IMG/VR virus record: IMGVR_UViG_3300044634_004833
Span: 32,001-96,000 of that record
DNA: 64,000 nt
Source of the DNA: a virus
Direction: 5' to 3' (one strand)
In this document: positions 22,401-30,121 of the stretch, one piece after another
Layout of the letters: every line of letters begins with the position of its first letter
How positions within the stretch are numbered: position 1 is the stretch's first letter
The notes under the pieces: generated by a model
Told to the model about the DNA's origin: nothing
The model's database searches: none
Seen by the model: the letters and a program-made list of their open reading frames with translations, nothing else
Translations under genes and position numbers: made by a program

Positions 22401-22946
22401 GATCAATGTGGTTGTACAGATATACAAAGTAGGTTTAATTTAGTTACAAATTTTGATAGAAGGCCATCAAAGTTCACAAACTTTATACTATCTAATAATT
22501 TGAAATTTAATCCAATTTTTGTATTAAATTATAATACTAATACAGGTGTATATTTATATACCAAACAGTTTTTAAACAGTAGTAAAGATGAAAAATGGTC
22601 TATAACAACATCTTTAATGTGTGATACAGATCTAAGCAATTTTGATACTAATTCTATTTGGGTTATGAATTTGCATTTTAAACAATATAAAAAATCTTTA
22701 AATAATAAAACTATTGAAACAAATGTAAGAATTTGGATACCAAATAATATAATTTGTCCAAATATATTGCAAAACAAAATGTCATTTGACATAACAGTAA
22801 ATTTAAATTCTAAAATAGCAATCACTAATAATGGGCAAATTTTAAACAATGTTTATATTAACGACCAAATAGGTCTTTTCTCATCTACATCTTGGACAGC
22901 AGCACCAGATTTTAGAATTTATTATTCAGCTTTTGGAAATGTTTAG
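13467..22946 (+). CDS. giant modular virion fibre-like protein (RCC1, three beta-propellers, Kelch-like repeats, five Thr-rich linkers)
   Basis: 3159 aa; RCC1 repeats, S.DG..W / YGNG.FVA repeats, GY.AGG repeats, poly-Thr/Ser tracts. Confidence 0.75.
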   Translation: MATGYLYSFGANNHGQLGYGTFSNNSYSFPAIVGTNYNWTEISGGHQCAFAINTAGEMYSWGYAGGGLALGTGATTDQSSPVRIGTSLWSKVSALGRIGGTNAFAIRNDGKLYFWGSLAISPAKNATTPTLLDASTNWSVISSGMGFGFAIKSDGTLWSIGTNQYGQLGLGDTTQRTTLTRVGSDSDWAYVNCGDAHTIAIKTDGRVYGCGQNYYGQLGQGNATNLSVLTQIGTNTWWSKIYAGEHSTLLLKNDGTIWGTGAESDSIFGYAASTNKLNLFQCIKLGGSWSRLALGHLFGIGLKTDGTLWGWGFQPAGYSITPSKTTAYTDYVDITAANNAGYILKTSAIPTTTSTTTTSTTTTSTTSTTSTSTTSTSTTSTTTTTTTTLPPLLTWAQRTRPSNSVTSSSFDTTVQNFVLVGNSTYGILTPNGIAYSTVSLLNNLNWTNVEFGNGIFFAISSPGTSFSKSNDGGSTWINVPSPNTSYQYSALTYGAGKFVTLAKNTNIAYYTTNNGVSWAQSTLPYSANWKSIAYGNNSFLAVDDTNLFALSTDNGLTWSQVNSYTNGTWSEITFKSGYFVVVGTSSNVSLRTSNGYDWIRGTLPVTQDWNSVTSSNDLYVAVGNSAIAASSYDGLTWRTENMPASGNWITVSYGGGLYLASQDSSTIAATAGTAPTTTTTTTTTTTTSTTSTSTTSTTSTSTTSTTTTSTTPIPAPLIWYLGSQPLISSSVCAFGNGYFVLLDNASSSSLRTTNGNVVSVTNTNTNQGWNDLYFAGSFFAVPAGPSSVWETSSAGASWSTISSPNSLGEFKSIAAGGGKFVAPQYNSGNFYYSLDGGATWNLTVNSISSNWKKIAYGNGIFLALSDNNPVWYKSTDGISWVQVVQGDFTTWSDLVFGGGYFYALSSAGKVASTTDGISFYSTNLPSSGNWSSLTVGEDIIAAVASGSETKTSFGYISSLPQWSTALMPVSGDWRFVEYGNNIFFSSSYNSTDTAYTGLVPTTTTTTTTTTSTSTSTTSTTTTSTTTTSTTSTTTTSTTSTTCAPVCVSVNSSNMFNQTYLSCPDDGYYYENAEIGSGTATQEFAINCTGTIKVECFANNIFANVDVTIKTSVSSTPFTVAVSKSNPLNTTYSVLSGGTISFSFPASTYFGIAAVSGKVLTYRPVTTTTTTTTTTTSTTSTTSTTSTTPAPVPKVTWVQRTSPTLSTKNIVYGNNDFIILSDFNTTAYKTSDGITFTPITLPISNAWNSVAIGTNYFLASTNASPYFIGSSDGTNWLTVNSPNSTDNFTCLTYGNSKFITVGDNTTSLYYSSDTTSWTLSTLPNARAWTSAAYGSNKYIIVATGTNKYVYSSDAITWTEADLPSVANWSKIIYANGRFVAISSDSTISAISVNGLTWTLGTLPASAKWTGLAYGNGLFVATADSTYSASSFNGITWVEEFLPVSGSYSSVAFGNKTFLTSSYNNTVAATAFYGAATTTTTTTLSPYNQNIFGYICGGINNNSSNNYMSKIDMIFMSTGVVYSSPNPLLVPKYAATSVSSSTSGYVCGGSSSSYRTGNYSASINKINYSTNTVVSISASLSQPSIRASGFSTSQYGYILGGLRTALGLRSTDQIQFSTDVQSYFIQSNPSFFAGCGFAQSSTNGYMAGGFVNSSASTGWQNNNYINAFGLTTGITSLVSSFISDNFYGTGLQSVLRGYFVGGSTVNFVPTKNTYALDFSTNTYFLNSYSMYYARYCASSVSGSTLGYIAGGSDSYSAISTIEVLDFNTDIYSLNKYALTQPTTGSTGNMVSVTVSPAEPPPGVSCYVTDYYRNKYDVYDLGSIIGYDEVYSIAFKNGFSNILTASVKDGTSNKILEIPVRRDALTNNVVSLGIPTVINTIPDLIWGNMFTAPNGTLFANKDKPVADGAFTLWQINSLGNFDETNLSSNGIISEKYGLGGVSIAPDSHYGSGKAAVLTVENSYFYLFEIEETVDDYYSFGMRQQSVDLDNSSSGFSYVAPNSTLLNENWILVNEYEYEGRIVAYQLDSDGVPDKTTRRVFAESVIDPISSAVDPLTGDILITYYNECTGKRAIYVFTGGFKPFSPASQPAALGGSDGYFLGGSGVNGATNVIEKLNYSTDVTTQSTSTLSYSINSAFSLSDGNINGYVTDGGQYLQKLNYATDIVTSSINNLSRQRYDGGSTSFLNISGYIYGGRLTQASTEAPSSYTDKFSYSTGIFSFLNNSLEQFKIFTTGISDAASSGYFCGGFNGVGATNAVVKVDYSSDTFSLLSSTLSENRQSLSSVSSFTNYGFIAGGISSSASSVCDRLNFSQETLIAVSSAALPVATSGSSGLSQGGIKGYIGGGSNKAGPTAAVYKIDFGTEQTSYSTNSSLLTPRNYPGALSRTYSFLPQGYIAGGSGSNSITAFTQKIVFNVDAIVNQPTAYLANPKYGLSGVSNESSKGYFLGGSTTFNANNFVPSIEKITYSTELTTSISSVLGTARGFAFNVSNVASAGYIAGGKGSILTSIEKIVYSTDVTSLVGTASLAVGTSNGASLYSSLIGYFLGGLTNTGATNFISKFVFASETISGSSSVLPVNAQSLSGLSFLDITGYVAGGIDGYLMGSVYSLFYSTDSISSSSALSYVRSGLTAVTQGIQKGYFVGGENSAGAVNYIEKIYFPNGYLSNVQSGDFLQRFFSGSVSKFSQGGDISYIMSGIINVEGSSKVIYQKVVVGSGTIVITGNTRYSIDGTISLPLTYRILEGLNTALPINYQQGRKVLYAFRVEGVCLSLTNGEAPFINNEILCNSRSIQTIIASNPREVCQKLIDQNWIWPIKRFQRYTKPIYKEDESYLESFDLYDPNDVRFVNEPFCTYKECLDFCADFIITETITLQSFSLLSSNAVIMEGNVYVSGSVAITSSKFKYTGSGTIIINGYFGVSTSWTVTNYTGSGNILVTGSSTVESSYLGEFVEDCTILSEITPIEFIYGITSGLELKSISNNLLIDQCGCTDIQSRFNLVTNFDRRPSKFTNFILSNNLKFNPIFVLNYNTNTGVYLYTKQFLNSSKDEKWSITTSLMCDTDLSNFDTNSIWVMNLHFKQYKKSLNNKTIETNVRIWIPNNIICPNILQNKMSFDITVNLNSKIAITNNGQILNNVYINDQIGLFSSTSWTAAPDFRIYYSAFGNV

Positions 22947-22966
22947 CCAAATGTATAAAATATTTT

Positions 22967-23323
22967 ATGGAAGAAATTAGCCTAGAATGTTTTTTTATAC
23001 TCCTGATTAGCATCGCTTCTTTTGCGTTGTCTTTTATTAATTTTTTTTACATTTTAAAATTTAGAAAATTTTATGAAGATGTTAATAAAGATTATGTTCA
23101 GGCATTATCAAGCATTATGAAAGTTACGAACGATGGTTTTCGCAATAATTTTGCAAGTTTAGAAGCTATACAAAAATGGAATGAAAAGGCATTTGAAAAA
23201 AAAGTTGAGATAGATAATGAAAACGCAAAAAAAATAATTGATGCAATTGCAAGAGAACAAAATTTTTTGAGCAAGATAGGAGAGCAATTAGGCTATAGGC
23301 CAAGAACTGATTTAGAGATTTGA
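22967..23323 (+). CDS. membrane-anchored coiled-coil protein
   Basis: N-terminal hydrophobic helix. Confidence 0.6.
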   Translation: MEEISLECFFILLISIASFALSFINFFYILKFRKFYEDVNKDYVQALSSIMKVTNDGFRNNFASLEAIQKWNEKAFEKKVEIDNENAKKIIDAIAREQNFLSKIGEQLGYRPRTDLEI

Positions 23324-23324
23324 T

Positions 23325-24251
23325 ATGGAATTGAAAAATTTAAAATTTGACACAAACAGGTGTTTTGGTGTTGAGATAGAAGTTGGAAAAGAAGTTAATA
23401 GAGATTTAATTATAAATTTTATAAAGTCTAATACACACAGATATGTTAAAAAAAGCTTCTATAGACCAACAATAAATAATTCTTATTGGGATGTAAAACA
23501 TGATGGTTCATGTGGTGCTAAGTACATAAATGGAATAAATGAAGGTGGATTTGAGATTAATAGCTATAAAGCTTCTGGTATTTATCAATTAAAAGATATT
23601 TGTTATGTTATTTCAAAACTAAAAACTATAGGAGTAAAAGTAAACAGTAACTGCGGATTTCATGTTCATGTTGAAGTTTCTGATTTTGATACAGACGATG
23701 TTGGAACTCTTCTTAATAATTGGATATATGTTGAAAATATGATATTTTCATGTGTTCCTAAAAAAAGAAAAGATAACAAGTATTGTCAAAGAATAGCATT
23801 TGATTATAATTTATCTAAAGATGATTTTAAAAAACCAATAGATTTTTGGAATTTATATAAGCCAAAAACAACAACTTTGAATAATTTTGATCGTAAAAGA
23901 TCTTTGAATATAAATAATTATTATCGTTCAATTTCATTAAAAAAATTTAATAGAAAAACAATAGAGTTTAGATTTATGGAAAGCACTTTATGTGAAAAGA
24001 ATATTAAAAACTGGGTAAGATTTTTAGTTCACTTTGTAGGTTTTTGCAAGAATAGAAAAAAAATATTTCATGGGCCTTTTATTAATGATGTTGAAGAATT
24101 TTTAAATTCAGTTGGACTTGGAAGTTTAAATAATGGGTGGTGCCTTAGTCCTGGATTATTAGAAACTAGAAAATGGGTTCTACAAAGACTTTCAAGACAT
24201 GGTACTATTTTTAAAAAAGAAGCAAAATTAATTCTTGGGGGAGAAATCTAG
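23325..24251 (+). CDS. putative amidoligase (COOH-NH2 ligase, Amidoligase_2-like)
   Basis: FGVEIE, DGSC, FEINS, VNSNCGFHVH, TIEFR. Confidence 0.85.
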   Translation: MELKNLKFDTNRCFGVEIEVGKEVNRDLIINFIKSNTHRYVKKSFYRPTINNSYWDVKHDGSCGAKYINGINEGGFEINSYKASGIYQLKDICYVISKLKTIGVKVNSNCGFHVHVEVSDFDTDDVGTLLNNWIYVENMIFSCVPKKRKDNKYCQRIAFDYNLSKDDFKKPIDFWNLYKPKTTTLNNFDRKRSLNINNYYRSISLKKFNRKTIEFRFMESTLCEKNIKNWVRFLVHFVGFCKNRKKIFHGPFINDVEEFLNSVGLGSLNNGWCLSPGLLETRKWVLQRLSRHGTIFKKEAKLILGGEI

Positions 24252-24478
24252 TGAAAGATAAGAATGAATACAAATACCAATTATACAGCAACTTTTGCAA
24301 TAAGTATAAGAATATAAACAGGCAAATTATTTTTAAAACTGTAGATATGGCTTCTTCTCCTGGAAAAGCGTTTGACATTCTAGAAGAATTTATATCAGAA
24401 TTCCCAATTTCTTTTAATTTAGAAAAGAATGTATGGGAACCAGAAGTGCTTCTTGAATTTGAAATTTCTCAAGGTTAA
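24251..24478 (+). CDS. hypothetical protein
   Basis: coupled ORF, SD GGAG. Confidence 0.5.
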   Translation: MKDKNEYKYQLYSNFCNKYKNINRQIIFKTVDMASSPGKAFDILEEFISEFPISFNLEKNVWEPEVLLEFEISQG

Positions 24479-24480
24479 AT

Positions 24481-25065
24481 ATGCTTTTATATGAAAAATA
24501 TTTGTTAAAAATAAACAAAAACAAATATACATTTCCTCTTATTGAAAGCAATGGTATTATTGCATATGAATTGGATTTAGAAAATAGAAAAAAAGTTTTT
24601 TTTATAAAATTTACATCATCTAGTCAAAAAAATAATTTAATTAAATATAATTTTAAGTATTTCGAAACAAAGTCAGATTCATATGGATGTAATTACTTAA
24701 ATAATTATTTTAATGAAGTTGATTACAACAATTATTTTAGTTGCATTGAAAATATTAAAATTAAAATTAAAAAAGAAAAGCATAGGGTTGCAGCATCATA
24801 TGATGAATTTTTTTGTATGATATGGAAGTCTTTTTTGATGATTAATGATGAATGGTTTAGTGAAAATTATTCTAAATTGTCTGGAAAAATTTTTGATACA
24901 ATTGATGATAATTTATCTTTTTCAGAAAAAACAGATAATATAAACGAGATAATTAATTCTTTTAAAACAAATTTTTATCAAATTTATTATGGATGGACTG
25001 TGCATATTTCTAATTTTAGTGATGTTACGCATTTAAAATGGTTTAATGAATTTGTGGAGAATTAA
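24481..25065 (+). CDS. hypothetical protein
   Basis: 194-aa ORF. Confidence 0.55.
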   Translation: MLLYEKYLLKINKNKYTFPLIESNGIIAYELDLENRKKVFFIKFTSSSQKNNLIKYNFKYFETKSDSYGCNYLNNYFNEVDYNNYFSCIENIKIKIKKEKHRVAASYDEFFCMIWKSFLMINDEWFSENYSKLSGKIFDTIDDNLSFSEKTDNINEIINSFKTNFYQIYYGWTVHISNFSDVTHLKWFNEFVEN

Positions 25066-25710
25066 ATGTTTGAAACTGATAAAGTTTTTACAATTAGAAC
25101 ATTAAACATGTGTGAAAGCATTGGTTATTTTTGCATAATTAGAACAGACAGTTCTAATGCACTTTATTGGGATAGTTGTAGAGAAATTTTTGCAAAGAAT
25201 TTTAATTATAATTCATATGGATTTTATTATGTTGTAGATATTAAAAAAGTAGATTATATTTTATCATTTTTAATAGAGGCAGAAAAAGTTTTAAATCTTA
25301 AGGAATTCACAAAGTTTTATAGAACAAATAAAGAAAGCATTATAGCTATAATTCCTTCAAGCTTTTGGATGAAATGTTTTTTAAAAAGATCTTTTTTTAC
25401 ATTACTTTGTAGAGTTGCTTTTTTTCATAATAAAGATTCAACTTTTGAAGAGACTTTGTTTTCAGATGTTGATTGTAAAGTTGAATCAAAAATTGATTCT
25501 AATAAAAAAGATGTTGTAAAAACTAAAAGTGCAGTACTTAGATTTTTTTTAGGATATACCAAATTTTCAGGTGCTGTATTAGCAACGCCTGAACTTGGAC
25601 CTTGGAAACATGGATGGGTAGAAGAGTTTTTAAATAAAACAGACAGCCAAATCAAAAGGTTATTAGTAGCCGAAAATATGAGTTTGGCAAATATTTTGTT
25701 TTCCGATTGA
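25066..25710 (+). CDS. hypothetical protein
   Basis: 214-aa ORF. Confidence 0.6.
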   Translation: MFETDKVFTIRTLNMCESIGYFCIIRTDSSNALYWDSCREIFAKNFNYNSYGFYYVVDIKKVDYILSFLIEAEKVLNLKEFTKFYRTNKESIIAIIPSSFWMKCFLKRSFFTLLCRVAFFHNKDSTFEETLFSDVDCKVESKIDSNKKDVVKTKSAVLRFFLGYTKFSGAVLATPELGPWKHGWVEEFLNKTDSQIKRLLVAENMSLANILFSD

Positions 25711-25866
25711 ATTTAATTTTTTTTGTAGTATGGAATGCAAATACAATTTTTATTGAAAAATCATAAAAATATTTGAAATTTATCAACAATAAACATAAAA
25801 TTGGAATAAGTTGAAATTAAATGGAAAAAATAGTAAAAAATTGGAAATGAGGAACATAGATAAATT

Positions 25867-26034
25867 ATGGAAATTATTTTAGTCAATATAAGCAAAGCAG
25901 CAAAGATTCTTGGTGTAACAACCAAAACTCTAAGAAACTGGGAAGATCAAGGCAAATTAAAACCTGTTAGAACTTTAGGCAAGCATCGCAGATATAACTT
26001 AGAGGAAATAAAGGCTTTGTTTCAAGAAAAATGA
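25867..26034 (+). CDS. MerR-type HTH protein (IS607 TnpA DNA-binding domain only), 55 aa, not in the ORF track
   Basis: MEIILVNISKAAKILGVTTKTLRNWEDQGKLKPVRTLGKHRRYNLEEIKALFQEK; ATGA overlap with tnpB. Confidence 0.85.
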   Translation: MEIILVNISKAAKILGVTTKTLRNWEDQGKLKPVRTLGKHRRYNLEEIKALFQEK

Positions 26035-27251
26035 TTAGATCAACACAATTAACTTTGAAATTTGCCAATCAAGCAAAGCTTGACAAAGTTAATTATTTTC
26101 TTGATGAATACAAAAAAGTTACTCAATACTTTGTTGATTATCTTTGGGACAATTTTACCATCGGACAAAAGATTCCCAGCCTATTACCAAAAAATATTAC
26201 TGAACAAGCTAATACATGGTTAAGTGCTAGAGCAATCCAAGCAAGTGCTAAACAAGCTTCAGGAATCGTTAGAGGTTGTAGGAAGAAACATGAAAAAAGA
26301 CTTTATATCTTTAATTTGCTAACCAAAGAAGGCAAACATAGAAAAGCCAGAAAACTAGCTAATACTATAAAGAAAAAACCAATATCCAAACCAATATTAA
26401 ACACAATTGAAGCAGAACTTGATGAACGATTTGTTAAATTTGATAACAGTAAAGAAACTACATTTGATACTTGGATTAATATTACATCAATAGGAAATAA
26501 TTGTAAAATCATTTTACCAATTAAAAATCATAAACATTTTAAAGAATTAGAAAATGAGGGAATTCAATTAAAAGGGATTAGAATAAGCAAGAAATCTGTT
26601 AATATAAGTTTTGAAATTCCCGATCAATCAAAAATTGTTGGCAAGACAATTGGGATTGATATTGGAATGAATACTGCTTTTGCCTCAAGTGATAATCATT
26701 ATTCAGAACAATCGTTGAATGGTCATACAATTGAATCAGTCTGCAAGATAATTTCAAGAAAGAAAAAAGGAAGCAAAGGATTCAAAAGAGCTTACAGACA
26801 TAGAAAGAACTTAATTGGTTTTTATAAGAATCAACTTGATTGGAAAAACATCCAAACCATCAAGATTGAAAATATTAAAAACCTTCGATATAAAAAAAGA
26901 ACTTCAAGATATCTAAGTTCTTTTGTTTATCATGAATTCTTTGAACAGTTGAGACAAACTGCTGAAAGACTTGGTGTCCAAGTCCAAACTGTTTGTCCAA
27001 CTTACACAAGTCAAAGATGTTCATGTTGTGGTTGGACTCGCAAGAGAAATCGTAGCGGCAAAAGGTTTAAGTGCAGCAAATGTGGTTATACCATTGATGC
27101 CGACCTTAACGGTGCTGTTAATATTTCTCTTGACCTTGAACCGATAGGTAAAAAGGAACGAGAGAAACGATTAAACTTGACTGGTTTTTATTGGTCAAGT
27201 AAAGTTGATTCTGGACAGGAGCTTATAGTCCCTGTTGTCCAAAAACCTTAA
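26031..27251 (+). CDS. tnpB: TnpB RNA-guided endonuclease (IS200/IS605/IS607 OrfB)
   Basis: RuvC residues in IGIDIG, KIENI and DADLNGAVNI; Zn finger CSCCG..CSKCG. Confidence 0.92.
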   Translation: MIRSTQLTLKFANQAKLDKVNYFLDEYKKVTQYFVDYLWDNFTIGQKIPSLLPKNITEQANTWLSARAIQASAKQASGIVRGCRKKHEKRLYIFNLLTKEGKHRKARKLANTIKKKPISKPILNTIEAELDERFVKFDNSKETTFDTWINITSIGNNCKIILPIKNHKHFKELENEGIQLKGIRISKKSVNISFEIPDQSKIVGKTIGIDIGMNTAFASSDNHYSEQSLNGHTIESVCKIISRKKKGSKGFKRAYRHRKNLIGFYKNQLDWKNIQTIKIENIKNLRYKKRTSRYLSSFVYHEFFEQLRQTAERLGVQVQTVCPTYTSQRCSCCGWTRKRNRSGKRFKCSKCGYTIDADLNGAVNISLDLEPIGKKEREKRLNLTGFYWSSKVDSGQELIVPVVQKP

Positions 27252-27320
27252 TTTCATGTTTTTCATGATTTTGAGGAACTATAGTACTTGTAGGCACTCT
27301 TTTTACACCCGTGGTTCGCT

Positions 27321-27662
27321 ATGAAAAAATATGTAAATATTGCCGATAGACTCTTTATAAAAATTATAAATGAGTTTGGATTGATTTTTGAAAATGGAAT
27401 GTATAAACTTACTAATATTAATGATCCCAAATGTCATTTGTTAGAAATATGTTTGATTACTGATAAAGCTAAAATGACTGGCAATAAAATTAAGGATATT
27501 AAAAGCAATTTAAATGTTAGTGAAAAATGGATATTGGGATTTTTTCACGCTAGCAAAAGAGAGCAGCCAAAATTCTCAAACAAAGATTATTTAGATGGTT
27601 ATAAAGAGTGCATAGATACAGAAGAAAAAAATGTGCAAATGCAGTTATTGTGCAAAAAGTAA
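27321..27662 (+). CDS. hypothetical protein
   Basis: 113-aa ORF. Confidence 0.55.
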   Translation: MKKYVNIADRLFIKIINEFGLIFENGMYKLTNINDPKCHLLEICLITDKAKMTGNKIKDIKSNLNVSEKWILGFFHASKREQPKFSNKDYLDGYKECIDTEEKNVQMQLLCKK

Positions 27663-27690
27663 TTTGTTTAATTTTAACTATATAAATAGT

Positions 27691-27981
27691 ATGGAAAATG
27701 ACGTTAGTACATTAGAAAACCCTGTTCAAAGTGCTAGAGAAAGAATTTGGAAAATATTCCTATTCTTTTTGGGATTCCTTCGTTATGTTGGGTTTTTTGT
27801 TTTGGGAATAATTATTGGGATGGGCATAGTTCTTAAAGATCCTCCTGCCAGTAAAGAACAACAACTAAAAATTGTTCAGCTAGAAAAACAAAATGCCGAA
27901 TTAAAAGCCAAAATAGAAAATAAATTTAACGACAAATCAGCCCCAGATGTAAGCATTAAAAATGCTTTTGTAATAGACTAA
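27691..27981 (+). CDS. membrane protein with coiled coil
   Basis: TM helix; TATAAATA at 27681-27688 favours the ATG at 27691 over track start 27631. Confidence 0.55.
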   Translation: MENDVSTLENPVQSARERIWKIFLFFLGFLRYVGFFVLGIIIGMGIVLKDPPASKEQQLKIVQLEKQNAELKAKIENKFNDKSAPDVSIKNAFVID

Positions 27982-28439
27982 TCTGGCATTTTGAAGGTAT
28001 CAGGACAAGGGTCTCCCCACCTTTCTGCTTTTCTATCTACCAAATTTGGTGGCAAGCACTGCGGTTCTGATACCATGCATTTTTGTTTGTTTCTATTAGT
28101 AACTTTTATTAATTTTTCATCAGGGTCTGGCGGTAATGGTTTAAATGGCTTGACATCGCCTGGAGGCAATTTTGCTGTTGCTGCGACATATAGTTTTTTG
28201 CCATGTGGCTTTGTCCAAATTGGCACAGGCTTTAAATGATCAATTTTAAATGGTTCTTTTTCCCAGCACTTTTGTAAACGTTCGTCAGCAGATATGTAAT
28301 AAATAGCATCTGCACTACCGGGTAAAAGATATTCAGGAGGATACTGGCCTACACCTCCATATCCAAGAGGATATAAACCAGTTTTTCCACTAGTTTTTCC
28401 TTCATTAATAACTTGTAAATACTCATAGAATTTGATCAT
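27978..28439 (-). CDS. Pro-rich putative virion protein
   Basis: N-terminus MIKFYEYLQVINEG; TAAATA-N4-ATG. Confidence 0.6.
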   Translation of the reverse strand: MIKFYEYLQVINEGKTSGKTGLYPLGYGGVGQYPPEYLLPGSADAIYYISADERLQKCWEKEPFKIDHLKPVPIWTKPHGKKLYVAATAKLPPGDVKPFKPLPPDPDEKLIKVTNRNKQKCMVSEPQCLPPNLVDRKAERWGDPCPDTFKMPD

Positions 28440-28505
28440 ATTTTATTTAGAATTGAATTGAATATATTTTCAAGTTAAAATTTAATAAGGAAAGAGGATT
28501 TTAAA

Positions 28506-28775
28506 ATGGGAAATGATCCAGAATTTTATAGGCGAATTTCTGATTTAGAACAAATTTCAACTACATTGAGTGCTGTTGCAAATATTCTGGCCGCATATTT
28601 TAAATCTTTAGTTGATGCAGGATTTTGTAAAAAGGATGCTTTGAAGCTTACTATATCTTATCAAGAAATACTATTAAAAAATGCATTAGAATCAATAAAA
28701 GATCAAGCAATAGAAGATGAAGACGAAGATGATGATTATACTGAAGGAGATGATGATGAATATTCTACAAATTGA
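28506..28775 (+). CDS. hypothetical protein with acidic tail
   Basis: SD GAGGA. Confidence 0.6.
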   Translation: MGNDPEFYRRISDLEQISTTLSAVANILAAYFKSLVDAGFCKKDALKLTISYQEILLKNALESIKDQAIEDEDEDDDYTEGDDDEYSTN

Positions 28776-29037
28776 AAATGGAAAACATATTTGCGGAGAT
28801 ATAAATTGTGAGGAGTGTTGTCATGGTTATCCAGCCAAATGTCAATGTGGGGGCTTAATTCATGCAGAACATCTTGGATCTCATGCCGTTACCAGAGATA
28901 ATCCTTTTGGAATAAAGTGTTTGTGCGATAAATGCGGCGGCAGATTTATGCGTGTTTTTAGGAATAATAGAGGGGTAAGGAATCGTGCATTACATAACTC
29001 CAGACCTAATCAATCAAATCAACACCGAGGAAGGTGA
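28717..29037 (+). CDS. Cys/His-rich zinc-binding protein (true start probably near 28753-28756)
   Basis: multiple CxxC motifs; SD AAGGAG. Confidence 0.55.
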   Translation: MKTKMMIILKEMMMNILQIENGKHICGDINCEECCHGYPAKCQCGGLIHAEHLGSHAVTRDNPFGIKCLCDKCGGRFMRVFRNNRGVRNRALHNSRPNQSNQHRGR

Positions 29038-29464
29038 TGATCTTGAAAAGTTATGGAATGAGAAAATTGATTCGTTGATTAATAATTCCAATAGGATTAA
29101 AGATTATCTTCCTATAAACGCTAGAAAATTTATGGAAACTTATGATTTCATGAATTTTACGGCATTTTGTCGATCTTCAAGTTTTTATAGGGATGAATAT
29201 GCTTTTGTAATTGGAGATGCTTCTTCAGAAGAAATATACATGATTTCTTATCAAATACCAAAAGATGTCAATCCTTCTGTTGAAACATTTGAAGGAAGGG
29301 GTTTTGGCCAGTCAGAAATAGCAATTTGGCTTTACGACGAGTTTCATTATAAAAAAAGTTATTTTGAACATCATGTTATTTTTAGTGATGGCGCAAGTTA
29401 TATTATACCATTCACTAATTTTTCTTGTCGAAAAACATCTTGGTTTGCAGAATTTGGAGATTAA
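28985..29464 (+). CDS. hypothetical protein
   Basis: 159-aa ORF. Confidence 0.6.
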   Translation: MHYITPDLINQINTEEGDDLEKLWNEKIDSLINNSNRIKDYLPINARKFMETYDFMNFTAFCRSSSFYRDEYAFVIGDASSEEIYMISYQIPKDVNPSVETFEGRGFGQSEIAIWLYDEFHYKKSYFEHHVIFSDGASYIIPFTNFSCRKTSWFAEFGD

Positions 29465-29467
29465 AGT

Positions 29468-30121
29468 TTGTTTACAAGATCAGTAGATATGTTAATGCTT
29501 CCCAAGCTTACCAAACCAGTATTGATTTTAAACAAGAACTGGACAGCAATAGGAACGGCTCCTGTTTATAAGGTGCTGAATTTACTTTTGTCTGGACCGC
29601 CAAAAGCTGAAGTTATTGATGAAAGTTGTGTTCCATATACATGGGAAGAATGGTCTAAAATTAAACCTCCGAAAGACTCTGAAGAAGCAATTCATACTGT
29701 AAATTACATTTTTAGAATACCTGAGATTATTAAGTTGAATAAGTATGACAGGTATCCAAGGCAATTAATTATATTTTCTAGGGCTAATATTTTTAGGCGA
29801 GATGATTACCGATGTCAGTATTGTGGAATTAAGCCAGGTAGCGAAGAGCTTACTATTGATCATATTTTGCCAAAATCAAAGGGCGGCAAAACAACATGGA
29901 CAAATTGTGTATTAAGTTGTGTTGAATGTAACTCTATTAAAGGAGACTATTTGTTAGATAAGGTCAAGAATAAAAAATTCCCTTCTGGAATGAAATTATT
30001 TAAAGACCCAAGGAAGCCCAAAATACGAGATTTTAAATTTCATATACATTATAAATCTTGGGAACAATGGCTTGATGCAGCGTACTGGAATATAGAATTG
30101 GAGAATGAAAATGCCCGTTGA
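29468..30121 (+). CDS. HNH endonuclease
   Basis: VLILN, RDDYRCQYCG, TIDHILPKSKGG..W.N....C..CN. Confidence 0.9.
   Translation: MFTRSVDMLMLPKLTKPVLILNKNWTAIGTAPVYKVLNLLLSGPPKAEVIDESCVPYTWEEWSKIKPPKDSEEAIHTVNYIFRIPEIIKLNKYDRYPRQLIIFSRANIFRRDDYRCQYCGIKPGSEELTIDHILPKSKGGKTTWTNCVLSCVECNSIKGDYLLDKVKNKKFPSGMKLFKDPRKPKIRDFKFHIHYKSWEQWLDAAYWNIELENENAR

Larger units (their letters stand above)
25726..27286 (+). mobile_element. non-autonomous IS607-like element (HTH + TnpB); ends tentative
   Basis: MerR-type HTH gene coupled to tnpB; 10-bp-phased repeats at 25801-25850; TAGTA shared at both proposed ends. Confidence 0.6.

Noticed and set aside
10340-22946. Diversity-generating retroelement targeting the fibre genes
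   Set aside because: No reverse transcriptase and no adenine-variant template/variable repeat pair seen in the window
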